DNA from: Antedon mediterranea
Taxonomy: Eukaryota; Animalia; Echinodermata
Direction of reading: 5' to 3'
Length of the DNA: 64,000 bases
Assembly (NCBI RefSeq): GCF_964355755.1
Contig: NC_092673.1
Location: 3,782,001 to 3,846,000 of the forward strand
Every line of letters starts with the position of its first letter. Position 1 is the stretch's first letter. The notes beneath the pieces were generated by a model. It did not search any database. It had not been told where the DNA came from and saw only the letters and a list, made by a program, of their open reading frames with translations. Shown here piece by piece: positions 50,401-63,028 of this stretch. A program made the translations under genes and the position numbers.

Positions 50401-53400
50401 GTATTAGATACATTTCCGGTTGGTTAGTTAGTTTTGATGTATCGTAAATCAGACGATATACTTTAATATTACTCTATTAAGGAAAGTGTTACAACTATAA
50501 AAATAAATTCCATTGATTTGTAAATTTCCAAAACCAATGTCTCATCGTTTCAAGACATTTTTACGGGAATGATAAAATGAATTAGGATAATTTAAACATT
50601 TTATGCAATTGTTTTTATTTTGTCAAACAATTTATAAATAAGAAAAAATATCATGATGTGAATATATTCAATTCCAGGGTAATAAATGCAATGAAGTAAT
50701 CATGTGCCGGGAGGGGGGGGGGGGGGGAAAGTTCTCCAAGATATAACATTAAATATGATTACGATAAAGAAAAAAAAACATATACATAAAATAATAATAA
50801 ATAATAAATAAAGAAAAGAAAGCTAGAATTTTTATTTAAACCATATTATACAGATCTGAAATATATGATAATCTATTATAAATATTTTATATTTATCACT
50901 AAAGTGCTGACTATCAGTAAAGTGTTGTGTTCCGTGAAACACATCATCCAGCAATATCATCCAACTGCTAAATCCATTATCTAAACTTTCGTGTGATTAA
51001 ATAGCACATTATTTGTTATCAAGATCCATTAGAAACTGTATTTTTTACTCAAAAACAAAAAAAAGTCATAATTGTAAATTCAATCGATTACACATAATAA
51101 AAAAAAAATCAACTGATGAAATTTTGTTTAACCGTTTTTATGTTTAATATTAATTTTTAATTTTATATACAACATACTGTATAGACACATTAATTAGGAT
51201 AGTATAAATATAATTATAATTTTTATTAATTAAGGATTAATTCATAATATTTGTTGAAATGTGACAATACCGTATTTTATGAAACACACATAATATTTGA
51301 GTTCTTCCATTAAATTGAATACTGGAGAAAAAGATAAATATTTATGTTGCAATTTTGATTTTACTGTATGTAAATTAATATTTTATTTGAGCAGGTATTG
51401 AGATAATTGTCATCTTTCAAATGATACAAACATATTTTGTTAAATTTCTCTTATTTTACAGTCATTTTATAAATATTATTAAAAAGTAATAATATTATAC
51501 TGTACTAATATTGTACATTTCCCTTAAAATAAAAGAAATAATTTTTTTTTGTTAGATAGCTAAACTATTCACAAGCAACCATTAATGACTTTATTATCAT
51601 ATTAAGTAGTGTTGCCCTTTGAAAAAAAAAGTCTTGTTTTAAATTTGTCATTTCCTGTATACAATATCAGTAGTCGTGACATTGGGATGTACTTTTGCTA
51701 CTTGTGCCTATTTAATTAAATTAATAGATTACCATGTCAATGCAGTAATAAGTGTTTAAGTGAAAATGAACAGCGAGCTGGACTTTGTAACTCAGCCTAA
51801 AGTTTTCGACTTTCAATTAGTATCTGATCAATTAAAATTTTAAACAGTTTATTAACTAAGTACGTACTATACCGTACCATACTGGGCTGTACTGTGGGCG
51901 TTAGCAAAAGTTTTTCGAATAAGATATACATTTCAAATCAAGATTGTATGGGAAACCTAACTTTTTAAAATACAAAAGTGTGAAAATGCTATATTACATT
52001 TCCATGCAAAGTAGTATGTGCTCTAAGCTCTGTCAACACTATCAAACTTTATGTGACAAAAAAATGTGATGTGCCCATATATGGACATGATGATGTCATA
52101 TTACTACCATATTTGGGCACATCACATTTTGTTGTCTTTCGTATCATTTTCTTACCACTCTTATTGTGCCTTTGTTTCATGAATCAATTTATTATTTAAA
52201 CAAATGCATGTATGTATTTAGATATTTGCACAGTCATTTAAGTTCCATTGTTAGTGTTCATCATTCGTAACAATCAAATTAGCATGTCCAATTGGCATGG
52301 TGTTCTAAACTGTTTATGCTCCAATGCCTTTCATAATAGAGTCTATGATCCATAAAACCCATATCTATATTTGTAATATAATAATAAAGCGGATTTACCT
52401 GTCAACTTTCAGTATTATCAATTGTTCTAGGAATGCCTTTCATAGGCGTCGCCGTGATTTTTGGCAAGGAAGTGTATCAGTAAAAAGTGGGGGACCTGAG
52501 CCACTTTTTTAGTGTCAACAAAAACTTATTTTCCTAAAGTTGAAGACCTGAAACAATGATTATTTTGAGTAATTGGTCCGATGTTTTGCCCTACTCTGAC
52601 GTAACTTGTACTTCATACTATTGGTACATTTGAGAATACTTAAGTAATTATCGGGTCCCACCCGAAAATGTACTTAGTATGAAGTACAAAGAGTAGGGCA
52701 AAACATCTGACCAATTACTCAACTCCCTGACGCAAAGCTACTCCACAGTGGTTTAATACAAATTTACAATATTATTTTGAGCCAATACTATTACGAAACA
52801 AAATCTTGAGTCAGCCAATCAGAGTGACAATCTGAAAGGGATCCATGTATATAGTTACATGTAATTAAATATGTTTACCTTATGTTTTAGAGTTATAGCG
52901 ATAGCGACAGTGGTGATGAAGAAAAGAACGCCAAGAAATCAACATTGCCAAGCACATCACCTAAACCACCACATTTAATTCCTGCGACGATAGGACGAAA
53001 TGTCATCAAATCAGGCTTTTGTGTTAAACAAGGAGCAGTTGTAAGTCATATATATCAAACTTTATGTGACAACAAATGTGATGCGCCCATATATGGACAT
53101 AATGATGTCATATCACTACCATATTTGAGCATATCATTACCATATTTGGGCACATCAAATCCTTTTGTCACGTAAGGTTTGATAGAGTAGACAAAGCTTA
53201 AAGATGTATTGTCCCTTGAAACACAAAAAATGAAGGTCAAAATATTCTAAATTTAAATTGGCCATATCAAAGTAATATTAAAGTTGTTCACTTTAAGTCG
53301 AAAATTTGAGCCAAAAACAACAAGTTTATGTAATTAACAGGTAAATTAATTTCGTCTGGAAAATCGTCGCGAGCGAAAGTAAACAAAGATTTCAAACTAC

Positions 53401-56400
53401 GAGTATGCATTAGGCATGATGCTAATTAGGATTGTTTACAACTCGTGACGGTTGAGAAGGTGTTTTCACATAGATCGCAAGGAAACTTTATGATTATGCA
53501 TACAGAGTAGCCAAATAAGTGCGTTGCATTATGAGATATGTTTTGATCGAAAACTTTGACTGGAAGTCAAAGTTATTTTTTGAACAAAAAAACGTCTTTA
53601 TTTCTGTTAAATGATTTTTTTTTCGACTAATTTTTGGTGAAATTTAGTAACTATTATGGTACTTCAAAATGACCCACATTTTTTTTTTAATCTTTTTTTT
53701 TTTTTTTTTTATTAGTCAAAGGGACAATACATCTTTTAGGAAGGGCCTATGCTAGAGGGGCTTATTACAAGTGCTATTTCTAATTTGTCTTCATAGTTTA
53801 CTGAACTGATTAATTTGATACTAGTACAAATTTTAAATCAAATCAAAACAGTTCTTAAATCTCACTTTCTTTACATCACAGTATATAGTGTCTAATATCA
53901 ACATCTATTTCTGTTTATATTGTTCTCAATATGAAACAAATTGATAATGTCTTACATAAACTATGTAGTTTAGTGACGTTCATATATAAAAAAAAATTGT
54001 CGATGCAATGCATATGATGTCCCAATAAGTTTGGATAAAAAAAGACTCCACACCTATTGTTAGATTTTCTAGACAATTTTGATTATACTACGGTCATTAT
54101 TATTTTTTAATGTATATCAATTGAATTGTTAATAATAAGTATAAAAAATGTAGTTAAGTAATTTAATGGCCATAAAAAAGAAGAACAAAAATGGATAAAA
54201 AATTACTTGGACCGATAGACATTGAAAGCATGACAGAAACAGAAAGTCTACAAGAAAATTGTTTTATCACTGTTTTAAAACTTACAGCCAGGAAAGGGTT
54301 GTTGAAAACCCACTGTGAATGACATTGAGTTACCATATACATTGTTACATAATATTGTGAAGATGCTATATCATTGAATAATACACAATAAACTCCATTA
54401 TTGTTCAATTTATTTGTTTTTTAGAGAAAAAATTGGAAAAGGCGGTTTTTTGTACTTGATAATCTTGGAATCTCCTATTTCAAATCAGACCAGGTAAGAA
54501 GTAAATTGATAAAATCTGAAAACACATTATTAATTTTTTTTTTTTTTTAATATTCATCGCACATTATAAACTATTTAAACAATAAATATATACAATATAA
54601 GCCTACATAGTCTAAAGCTCTTTCTAGACTATCAAACTTTATACGATACAAAAATGTGCCCATATATGGACATCATAATGTCATATCACTGCCATATTTA
54701 GGAATATCACTACCTTATTTAGGCTGGCATATCATATTTTGTTGTCAAACTAGTTTGATAGTGTAGACAGAGCTTTATGATTATCTGTATCAAGCACAAT
54801 GTTTGTGCTGTAAAACTGAGCAGGTAGAGTTTAGGTGAATTTAAAGCGAGCACAGTTTAAAGGTGATCATTGACAGTCAAATAAACATATGTGTGTGTGT
54901 AGCATACAGTAACAACTGAAATGTCAATCATTCTGTCAACTCAAAATTTTCTTTTGACAGTACATGGCGTACCACAACCATCTTACATTATCTTATTGTT
55001 ATATCATATTTAAGAAATGCAAATAGTACTGCTGATGGTCTTAAACATTACAATGCATCCCTATATTGTTTTTTAACCAGTATAGTATATAAAAAAATGT
55101 ATTTTGTATTGATAATCAACATTTATTCCCATTGCAGGATAAAGTTCCCATACGAACAATTCCACAAAAAGATATCACTTCATGTAAAGAATCACCATTA
55201 GGGTAAGTGTTATAATGTACTGTAATCGTGTATTTTGATAATAGACAAATATTGAATGTTTATGAGTGGAATGGTACAAATAATGCCATGAGGTGAATGA
55301 ATAAAGGTTATATTTCCTAGGCCTAGCTATACTAAATCGCGTAGGCCCAGGCTATAAAGGCAGCGATACCATTACGAAAATTCGCCAGATTCCATGTCTT
55401 GTAGAGTTGTTCCCAGAGAAAAAAAATACTATTTAACAATCGTAAAATAGTGCGTACTATTGCATGCTTTTTGACCCACAATCGTCCAATCAAATGACAG
55501 GAATTTATTTAGATGTTTATGTAATGTTTGTTATTTGTTGGTTAAGAATTATAGACATGGTGACCCTACCTATCTGTTCCTAGTGCAGTTATAGTAAAAT
55601 CTTTATTTCCTTAAATAAGGAAGTTAAGAAGAAAAAACTCCAGATGCAATTTGATACCTGAAGCAATTTGATACTTGAAAGTTCATAAAAAGGTTTTCAA
55701 AACCTGATTTCATTAATAAAATACACAAATACTATTGTTACATTACTACACATACAAAGCAATCTGTAAATACAATTTCATTTATGTAATATGACTTAAA
55801 AGGTATAATATTGTAAATATACTATATAGATTTATAAGCAGTTTTCCACAAAAAAAAACACCAACGCGCTGTATACATTTTGCATGTGTTAGACCAGAGG
55901 ATAACATTTTAGTCTCAAACTTATTCTGCCTAGTCAATTAACCTAATAGGAGATTGTAAATGTTGTGTTTTAAATTTATTATCTGTGTTTCGTAGTATTT
56001 TAAAATATAAATCTATTTTTTTTCAGAGCACAACTTCAAAGAGACAACCTTTTTGAAATTTCATGTTCTGGCAGAATTTTTTATGTACAGGTAATTATGT
56101 AAATACATGCATTTTGTGATTGTTTTATTTACAATAGTATACAGGAGTATAACATCATTCAGCAAGGTAGCTTCAAATACCTGCAGGTCATATATGTGTC
56201 TGGAAAGGTTTAACTATTTCCTCCTAAGACTGCTGCGAATATGCATGAAAAACATTATTCTGATTTCTGAAATACATTGGCTTATTATAAGAAATCAATT
56301 AAAATGAGAAAAAAAACACATTAAAGAGGTATATTTTTTAATATCATTTCTTCAGACTTATTCACCGGAAGAATTAACCGACTGGGTTCGATGTATTTCT

Positions 56401-59400
56401 GGCGCTATTATAGCAACAAGGGCAAAAGGAGGAAGCTCTGGGAATAATGTGAGTATATCAGTTATGCAAATACATTTTTCAAATTTAATAATAATAAACA
56501 TATCTATATTATAAAATGCCAAATGTTGATAAAAAATAACACACAAAAAGCTAAACCCTATATCCACATAATTTTATTTATAACCTAAAACAACCTGTGA
56601 GCATACCAATATTTTTACGCCTGATGTATAAAAAGATCCCTGAAAATGTTTGTAATCGGCCATGGGTGAAACATGGCCAAAAAATTTGAACAACTAACTT
56701 GCGCATATGTTATCAATACCAGGTTATGCGCAGGGGCTACTGTGTGTACTAAGCTGTATAAATACATATTTTCATACTATAAACAGTCTTTAGTGTAATG
56801 TTAATCAATAATTAATACATGTGTTCAAAATGAAATATTTATATGTATCATCATTTCGATCAATTTTGTTTGATTTTACTATATTAACCTATCCAAAAAA
56901 ACAGTTTTAGTTTATCCATTTTTTTTTTCTTTCATATATTTCTTTTGTTTTTTGTTATTTATATTTCACAGTATTTAATCACAGAGTCAGAGTTACTCTG
57001 AACAACCTGACCAATTTGCATGAGAGAGTTATATCCAGGTTTCTATTGTGTTTTTTGTCAACTTGAACCATTTTCATCTTGCATGTATGGCATATCCAAA
57101 GTTGAGCTACATAATATATAAAAAAAAACTGCATCATATCAAAATGTTTCAATGCATAACATAATCCTAAATACTTCCATATATCAATTTTATATAAAAC
57201 TTTATTCATTTTCTGTAAACCATGCAATTTGTAAAACTTCAATTAGAAATATTAAGAAAGCGTTCAAGATGCAAGTAAAACACTGCAGCAAAAAAAAACA
57301 TGCGCAAAGCAAAGAATCGATCAACCATTTTCAAGAAAATAATCAGTCTCTGTTTTGTTCTCACGCCCACCTAGATAATCTAAAGGGGACACTTTAATAT
57401 TGTTTTTGTAATTTATTATTGAAATGCAAAATGGAAAAAAAAATAATAATTGATAAATAAATAAAAAGATTGGTGATCAATAAAATCAATTATTCTTAAA
57501 TAAAACTTTTCAAATTGTTAAAAGGTTTTAGCATAGTCCTATTATGACAAAATATAAGTGCATTAAGATCTGGCTGAAATCTGAACTAAATCTCAATTAA
57601 ACATGACAATGCATTTCTTTGGATGGCCATATTTATGCTGCATGTTTATGTATCTTTAATTTCTTTATCAGATTTTAGTTTTTATACTTTTTATGTTTTG
57701 TCCGCACATTCTTACAAATATTATTAAAACAGCACAGCATGACTTTAGTTTTATTTCAAATGAATCCCATCATTAGATTAAAAATTGACGTTCTATTTTC
57801 CTTGCCTTAGTCTCTTGTACCCCAGATGCTAGTGTCCAGCACACTCCCTGCTCTTTCCTGGCCTGCTAGGTCTCTGTCACACGAGCCTCAGTCTACTGCA
57901 AAAATAATGAACCCCTTTTCTCGACTTTCTGAGAGAGCACCAATACAGATAACATCAAAGGTCAGAATTTTACATTCAATTTAATATATTATCCTACATA
58001 TTTGTATATTATGTTTAAAAGCTGTACTACTACTGCTAAATTACTAGTCTGGCATATTTATATGTATAAAAAAACCAAGCCATGCTACCCGCAATATCTT
58101 GTTTAGGAATAATTAAAAATGTCAAGAACAATTACAGTAGGCTCATAAAAACTGCATATAGTATGATTTTTGTTCAAAATCAATCAAAATTGTCCCCTTT
58201 AGATTATATATGCATTAGTATAATCATGGACCTTATAGGTCCATGGTATAACCAAAGACCCATTAAAACAGAAGAAAGCAGTCTGATACAAACTGTCATT
58301 TCGGACCATTTCACATTATGATTTCGCTGTGTGTGAATTAACATTAACCATGATACAGAAAACTTGCAGCTCTGTGTGAAAGGTGCTTAATATTATTAAT
58401 AATAATAACTTTATTCATCTTTCCACACTTAAATAAAAAGCAAAATATACATAAATTAAAGATGCAAAGGTTTTATTTTAATTAGAACAAAATTAAAGAT
58501 GAAAGATTCTTATTTTTTATGGTTAATACTTTGCTATTTTGTTTGCACTTCAATCAGTCAAAAATAACATTTATTTCCTTTAGAAACGCATAACAAACAT
58601 TATAAATGTAAAATAAATTATTGTTTCAGTCTCTGAAACATTACACAATTTACCAGAAATATATGAATGAATTTTGACTGAGGTGAAATTATAGAATTGA
58701 TCTCGCAATAAAATGTTATTAACCTGGAAGGTCTAAAAATTTGAAATATATTTTCAATATCCCACATAGAGTAGGAGTTGAAACATGCTGCATTGTTTTG
58801 CTTTCATTTGTGTGGGCTGATAATTGCCATCATAATACTTTTCATATATAACAAGTTTATATAATAAGTTTCATATATAAACAAAGCCACAGTCACAAGA
58901 CTATACAGCACAACCTATTCTGTTAATATTATAAAAACACTAGATCGGCAACTTCAATAAGAGTGAAACACAATGCAGCCATATTCTGCACATACAGTAC
59001 TTGTATACCAGTATTTAAATGTCCACTCAATCACAAAACTATGGCTGAAGTTATCCTAATACATAAATACATTTATATACCGTATATCCTCGGGTATAAT
59101 CCCACTTCGTGTCTAATCACACACCCTACTTTATGTCACAATTTCACAAACAGGCATATCCCCGGGTATTGTCCAGTATTGACTTGTGGTATGGATGTAA
59201 ACCTCTCTCTAGCCAGTTCAGATGAGAAGAAATGCTTACCAATCATTTTTTGGCTGAACCAGGCTTTATAGTCCCACCCCCAAAGTTGGCCTAATTTCAT
59301 GTTTTAGAGGGTGGGATTATACCAGAGGATATTCGGTATTAATACATTTTCAAAAAGAATAAAGGCTCATTCTAAATCTCTCACTTTGTTTTATTGCCTT

Positions 59401-60138
59401 ACTCACTATCTATCTACAGTAGTGTTTATTTCTGTGTGGCTAGTAGCTCTGTCAAAATCTGCTGTGGTCCAATCTGTTATTTCACCAAAACACAAAATGA
59501 CGCAAGTTACACATAGTTTTGCAATTTATTTTTAACTTTCATGTAGTATAATTCAGTGGTTGTGATTTTTATTTTGTCCATTTACTTGCATCTTACATAA
59601 CTTATAATTGCAAATAAATTTGTTTGAATGTTGGGATGATTGCTTGTGGTACTCTACTCTGATTATTCTAATTTGAATATGAACTGTTAAGGTATTTAGA
59701 TAACTTGAAACTTTAATGTTGAGAGATCGTGGTAATTTTTGTTAGTTTTCATTGTATGTATGTGTGAATTTGACAGAATCATAATACAGTCTGCCCTCCC
59801 AATACAAGACCACTCTGGTCTGCCCTAACATGTCTAGCTTTCCAGAAATTCTGGTGTTCTGAATGGTATTTAATGGTAAAAATGAATTTTGGATCTTTTG
59901 GATCTTTAAAAAGCCTGCTTTTGGAAAAGTTTCTGGTTTCTGGAAAGTGTGGTATTGGGACAGTTTACTGTTAATTCATTTATTCTTGTTTTATAAAAAC
60001 TATATAGGTATCATAATTGTTAATTTATTTTTTACACAGATCAATACATTGGTAATTATGTAGTAAGTTACAGAACTAAATACTTGTTTTTATCTTATGT
60101 TCTAGGAAATCGAGGAAGTTGAAGATACCTACTTTTAA
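32425..60138 (+). CDS. PLEKHA1: Pleckstrin homology domain-containing family A member 1/2 (TAPP1/2), tandem PH domains, about 370 aa, 12 coding exons
   Basis: Exons 32425-32565, 33268-33324, 34592-34637, 42849-42946, 44293-44439, 52891-53040, 54425-54493, 55138-55202, 56027-56090, 56356-56448, 57811-57960, 60106-60138 (1113 nt, GT-AG). Motifs: MPYVDR..CG..DIE..GKFYRRYF..YMDNP, NLPKGS, KLRPKEQFCF, SYRTEIVGGV, IKSGFCVKQGAVRKNWKRRFF, RDNLFEI, SPEELTDWVRCISGAIIA. The last two exons are less certain. Confidence 0.93.
34677..34746 (+). mobile_element. RTE-clade LINE 3' terminal fragment
   Basis: Translates LAKDRCGWRKLVVTCSAADG, matching the A.DR..WR..V C-terminal pattern of RTE ORFs, followed by a TGATGAT tail. 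Confidence 0.55.
36770..37025 (-). mobile_element. tRNA-derived SINE with Deu/Nin-like domain
   Basis: Minus strand: A-box-like GTGACCGAGTGGTTAAG head, then TAAACTGTAGGTCCAG..GTGCACTTTAAAGGACC..GAGTAGGGGGTTACCCTGG. Confidence 0.55.
37130..37380 (+). mobile_element. tRNA-derived SINE, family S
   Basis: A box TGGCTTGGTGG, B box GGTTCACGTCC, A-rich tail; homologous to 41684-41915. Confidence 0.7.
37837..38003. mobile_element. MITE family A copy
   Basis: TIR pair, TTA TSD. Confidence 0.8.
38962..39034 (-). tRNA. tRNA-Val(AAC)-like sequence, probably a pseudogene or SINE head
   Basis: GGCTTCTTGGCGTAGTGGTTATCACGTCTGCTTAACACGCAGAAGGTCCCCGGTTCGAGCCCGGGCGAAAGCT: perfect anticodon and T arms, AAC anticodon, intact A/B boxes, but a mispaired acceptor stem and a C-A mismatch in the D stem. 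Confidence 0.7.
39981..40355. mobile_element. PIF/Harbinger-like MITE
   Basis: About 38-bp TIR AGCTGATTTTCCACTAGGCGAATTTGTTCGCGCGAATC; TTA TSD. Confidence 0.8.
41087..41226. mobile_element. MITE family A copy (another at 41504-41671)
   Basis: Family TIR and internal repeats. Confidence 0.7.
41684..41915 (+). mobile_element. tRNA-derived SINE, family S
   Basis: A box TGGCTTGGTGG, B box GGTTCAAGTCC, poly(A)-like tail 41886-41915. Confidence 0.7.
42977..43480. repeat. 67/68-bp minisatellite, about 7.5 copies
   Basis: Unit CACACAGCGTGTAAGGACCTAGGCTTCTCACAGTTTTAAACCAAACGCCTTCATTTTGCCCCTTTTCA; starts about 30 bp after the PLEKHA exon 4 donor. Confidence 0.9.
44630..44943. repeat. Degenerate about 19-bp tandem repeat
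   Basis: GAAGAGTGAAAATATCAGG variants, roughly 16 copies. Confidence 0.8.
46340..49235. repeat. 2.9-kb pyrimidine-rich satellite of 28-bp and 37-bp units
   Basis: TATCAATCCGTTCATCCATCTTTCTTTC with or without TATCTATCC; decays into CT-rich low complexity to about 49510. Confidence 0.97.
52567..52720. mobile_element. 154-bp palindromic MITE-like element
   Basis: GAGTAATTGGTCCGATGTTTTGCCCTACTCT / AGAGTAGGGCAAAACATCTGACCAATTACTC plus inner TTGTACTTCATACTA / TAGTATGAAGTACAA. Confidence 0.65.
53202..53734. mobile_element. Kolobok-like MITE adjacent to a family A copy (53053-53198)
   Basis: TTAA-AGATGTATTGTCCCTT ... AAGGGACAATACATCT. Confidence 0.6.
54616..54774. mobile_element. MITE family A copy (partial copy also at 52026-52135)
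   Basis: Family TIR pair. Confidence 0.75.
59080..59336. mobile_element. Tc1/mariner (pogo-like) MITE
   Basis: TA-CCGTATATCCTCGGGTATAATCCCAC ... GTGGGATTATACCAGAGGATATTCGG-TA. Confidence 0.7.
59787..59970. mobile_element. Degenerate Tc1/mariner MITE related to 7599-7923
   Basis: CAGT..CCTCCCAATAC / GTATTGGGACAGTTTACTG. Confidence 0.5.
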
Positions 60139-60314
60139 TCGTGTCAGTCATGTGATATTGATGGACTTTCAGAATCAAAAGGGAGAGTGGCAATACCAAT
60201 TCAGAATAATACTTGACCTTTTGCGTACGACGACTAAATATAGTTCACTGGACTCTGTGTGTGCTGCGCCTTCTGTGATGTCATCAGTATGCATCTGAGA
60301 GCCTTCGACTCTAG

Positions 60315-60476
60315 AGCTCTGTCTACACTATCGAACTTTATGTGACAAAACAATGTGATGTGTCCATATATGGACATGATGATGTCATATCACTACCATA
60401 TTTTGGCATATCACTACCATTATTTAGGCACATCACACTTTTGTGGTCAAACTAGTTTGATAGTGAAGACAGAGCT
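60315..60476. mobile_element. MITE family A copy in the probable PLEKHA 3' UTR (others at about 60685-60795, 61143-61261, 63939-64000)
   Basis: Full TIR pair with TAG duplicated on both sides. Confidence 0.8.
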
Positions 60477-61310
60477 TAGGGACCAAGACCAAACAAAATG
60501 ACCTCTAATTCTAAGTCATCATCTGGCCAGGGGAAAGGGGGGATAGCACAATTTGACCGCTAAAATTAAGTTATGAACTACATTTGATATCTATATTTGA
60601 CAGACTATTAATATTATACATTAGCACTCCCTCAATTTAAAAATTCCTGTTTGTAACATTTAGAACAGTGAGGGGTTTATGACTGCTCTGTCACTACTAT
60701 GGTGGTGATATGCCTAAAATATGGTAGTGTTATGACATCATCATGTGCACATCACATATTTTTATCACATAAGGTTTGATAGTGTAGACAGAATTTTACA
60801 CCTCACATGTCCAGCATGAATGATAAATCCTGGTTGTGTCAAAATCAAAAACTCATTCTGTTTCTTTAATTCATTTCGGATTTTAATTGTATATAGATTT
60901 TATGCTATGCTTATTAAAACGATAATGTATTTTAAACTGATAAACCGTAGCAAATGTGTTTTTTTTTATGAATTATGTTGCTATCATTGCAAGGGATAAA
61001 ATAAAAAGGAAAGAAAAAAAAAATGGAATTTCATCATTAAGAAATATAGGTATTTATTTGGGTTTTGGCACAAACTTTGGACTACTGTAGTTTATTGATC
61101 TTATTCTGCAGATAGAGATTTTAATTGTACAAGACTCCCTAAAGCTTTGTCTACACTATCAAACTAGTTTGATTCCCAAATAGGGTAGTGACATCATCAT
61201 GTCTATATATGGGCTCATCACATTTTTGTGTCACATAAAGTTTCATAGTGTAGACAGAGCTTAAAATACAAATTTTAAAGCACACTTGTGTATAAACGCT
61301 ATCTTGTATA

Positions 61311-61544
61311 CCCTTTTCACACTACTGTATATCAATATTATCCAAAGGTTACTGTCTAACAACAAATTGTAACAACAGAGGTTTAAGAAGTGTAAACACA
61401 ATTTTGCTTTAAATAAGCCTGTTTTTGTTACGAGTTATATTCATAATTTCAGCATCCTGGCTCCTGAACTAATAATGAGACTTGTTTTATATACAAATTA
61501 TTACTCTTCTGATGATGTGGAACAACACTGTAGTGCGAAAAGGG
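61311..61544. mobile_element. TA-flanked MITE
   Basis: TA-CCCTTTTCACACTAC ... GTAGTGCGAAAAGGG-TA. Confidence 0.5.
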
Positions 61545-62505
61545 TATTAGAGTTTATAATAACAACAGAACCTGCAGAATAGAATCGTTGTGTCATTATT
61601 GTTAGCAATCTATCTATTTCAGATGTTTTTTTTATTTAATAATAAAAAAACATATCTGTAGATAAAACAAATAATATAGTGATTTTATTTCTTGATCTTA
61701 ATCTTTGATCCAATTCTTAATATATTTTCTTACATTTATATATATATATTATAGAGTAGAGATTGATATCAACCCATAAGATTGGACTTTAATATAATAT
61801 TATATTGTTGGTATGATCGTAGATGTAATGTATAATAACTAATACTTCTGCAGGCAGAACCATTTAAAATATTACAATCCATAAATATCTTCATCTTACT
61901 GTTAATGTTTGATAAAACATTCTACAAAAATCACCCCACAAAAAAAATTGCATCAAACTATTTTTTTCATATTTTAAGATCAGTTAAATTTTATGAATAA
62001 AAAAATTATAACTATAAAGATATCTGTGAATCAATAAATTATAATATATTTGCGTAACATTCAAGATTTAGAATACAGGGTTTATTTTTCCCTCTACTAT
62101 CTTTTTAGATCAAGCCTTGATTTTCAAATGATCTTATACTGTACTGTTCGCTTCTGTTCCATTAAAACAATTGCAAGTTACATATTTTTATTACAAGCAA
62201 AATTTAGAATTATTAATAATTTAGTTGGAAGCAAAATATGACTATTGAATAAAGACCCACAGGGCCAAAAATTTGAGGATTTTTTCCAGTGGCTATAACT
62301 GCTTGCTTTTCATTAATTCTGTTGTAGATACAGTATAGGAATTTGTTTACAGTGAATTGAAATAAGTAAGAAACGAAACAAGTTTTCCACCCTCTCCCCA
62401 CCTACTTAAATAACCCTGGTGATGCCCATATTTACAACCTAACGCATAATGTTCATACGCACTGGTCACTAGAACAATACAAGAAAACACAGAAATCTGA
62501 CATCT

Positions 62506-63028
62506 ATAACAGGGATCATCACTGGAACATGTATATCTCATTTCAAAAAGCACTCCCACAAATGTACAAACGTTTGACAAATAGTCAATACTGTTAATGT
62601 ACAGGAATGTTATTGATGACTTAGTATGTAGCAAGGTGCAGTAAATGAAATTCATTTAGAGTCCTTCTTTTTTGGTATTATGATAACAGGGATCGTCACT
62701 GGGACATCTCATTTTAAAAAGCACTCCCACAAATGTACAAACGTTTGACAAATAGTCAATACTGTTAATGTACAGGAATTTTATTGATGACTAAAGCTTG
62801 GTTCCCACTAGAACGTAACGCAAGGACGTAAACGCAACGCAAGCGTTTTAACCAATGACAAGCGAAGTTATAGACAGTTGCAATCACAAGCGAATAAGCC
62901 ATCGCTTGTGATTGGTCAATTCACTTGCGTTGCGTTACGTCCTTGTGTTGCGTCGCTAGTGGGAACCACGCTTTAGTATGTAGTAAGGTGCAGTAAATGA
63001 AATTCATTTATAGTCCTTTTTTTTTTTA
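62506..63028. repeat. Tandem duplication (about 170-bp unit x2), second copy interrupted by a MITE
   Basis: ATAACAGGGATC..AAAAAGCACTCCCACAAATGTACAAACG..GGTGCAGTAAATGAAATTCATTTA occurs twice. Confidence 0.85.
62795..62972. mobile_element. PIF/Harbinger-like MITE, family B (178 bp)
   Basis: TIR AGCTTGGTTCCCACTAG / CTAGTGGGAACCACGCT; TAA/TTA flanks; empty site present in the duplicate at 62621. Confidence 0.85.
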
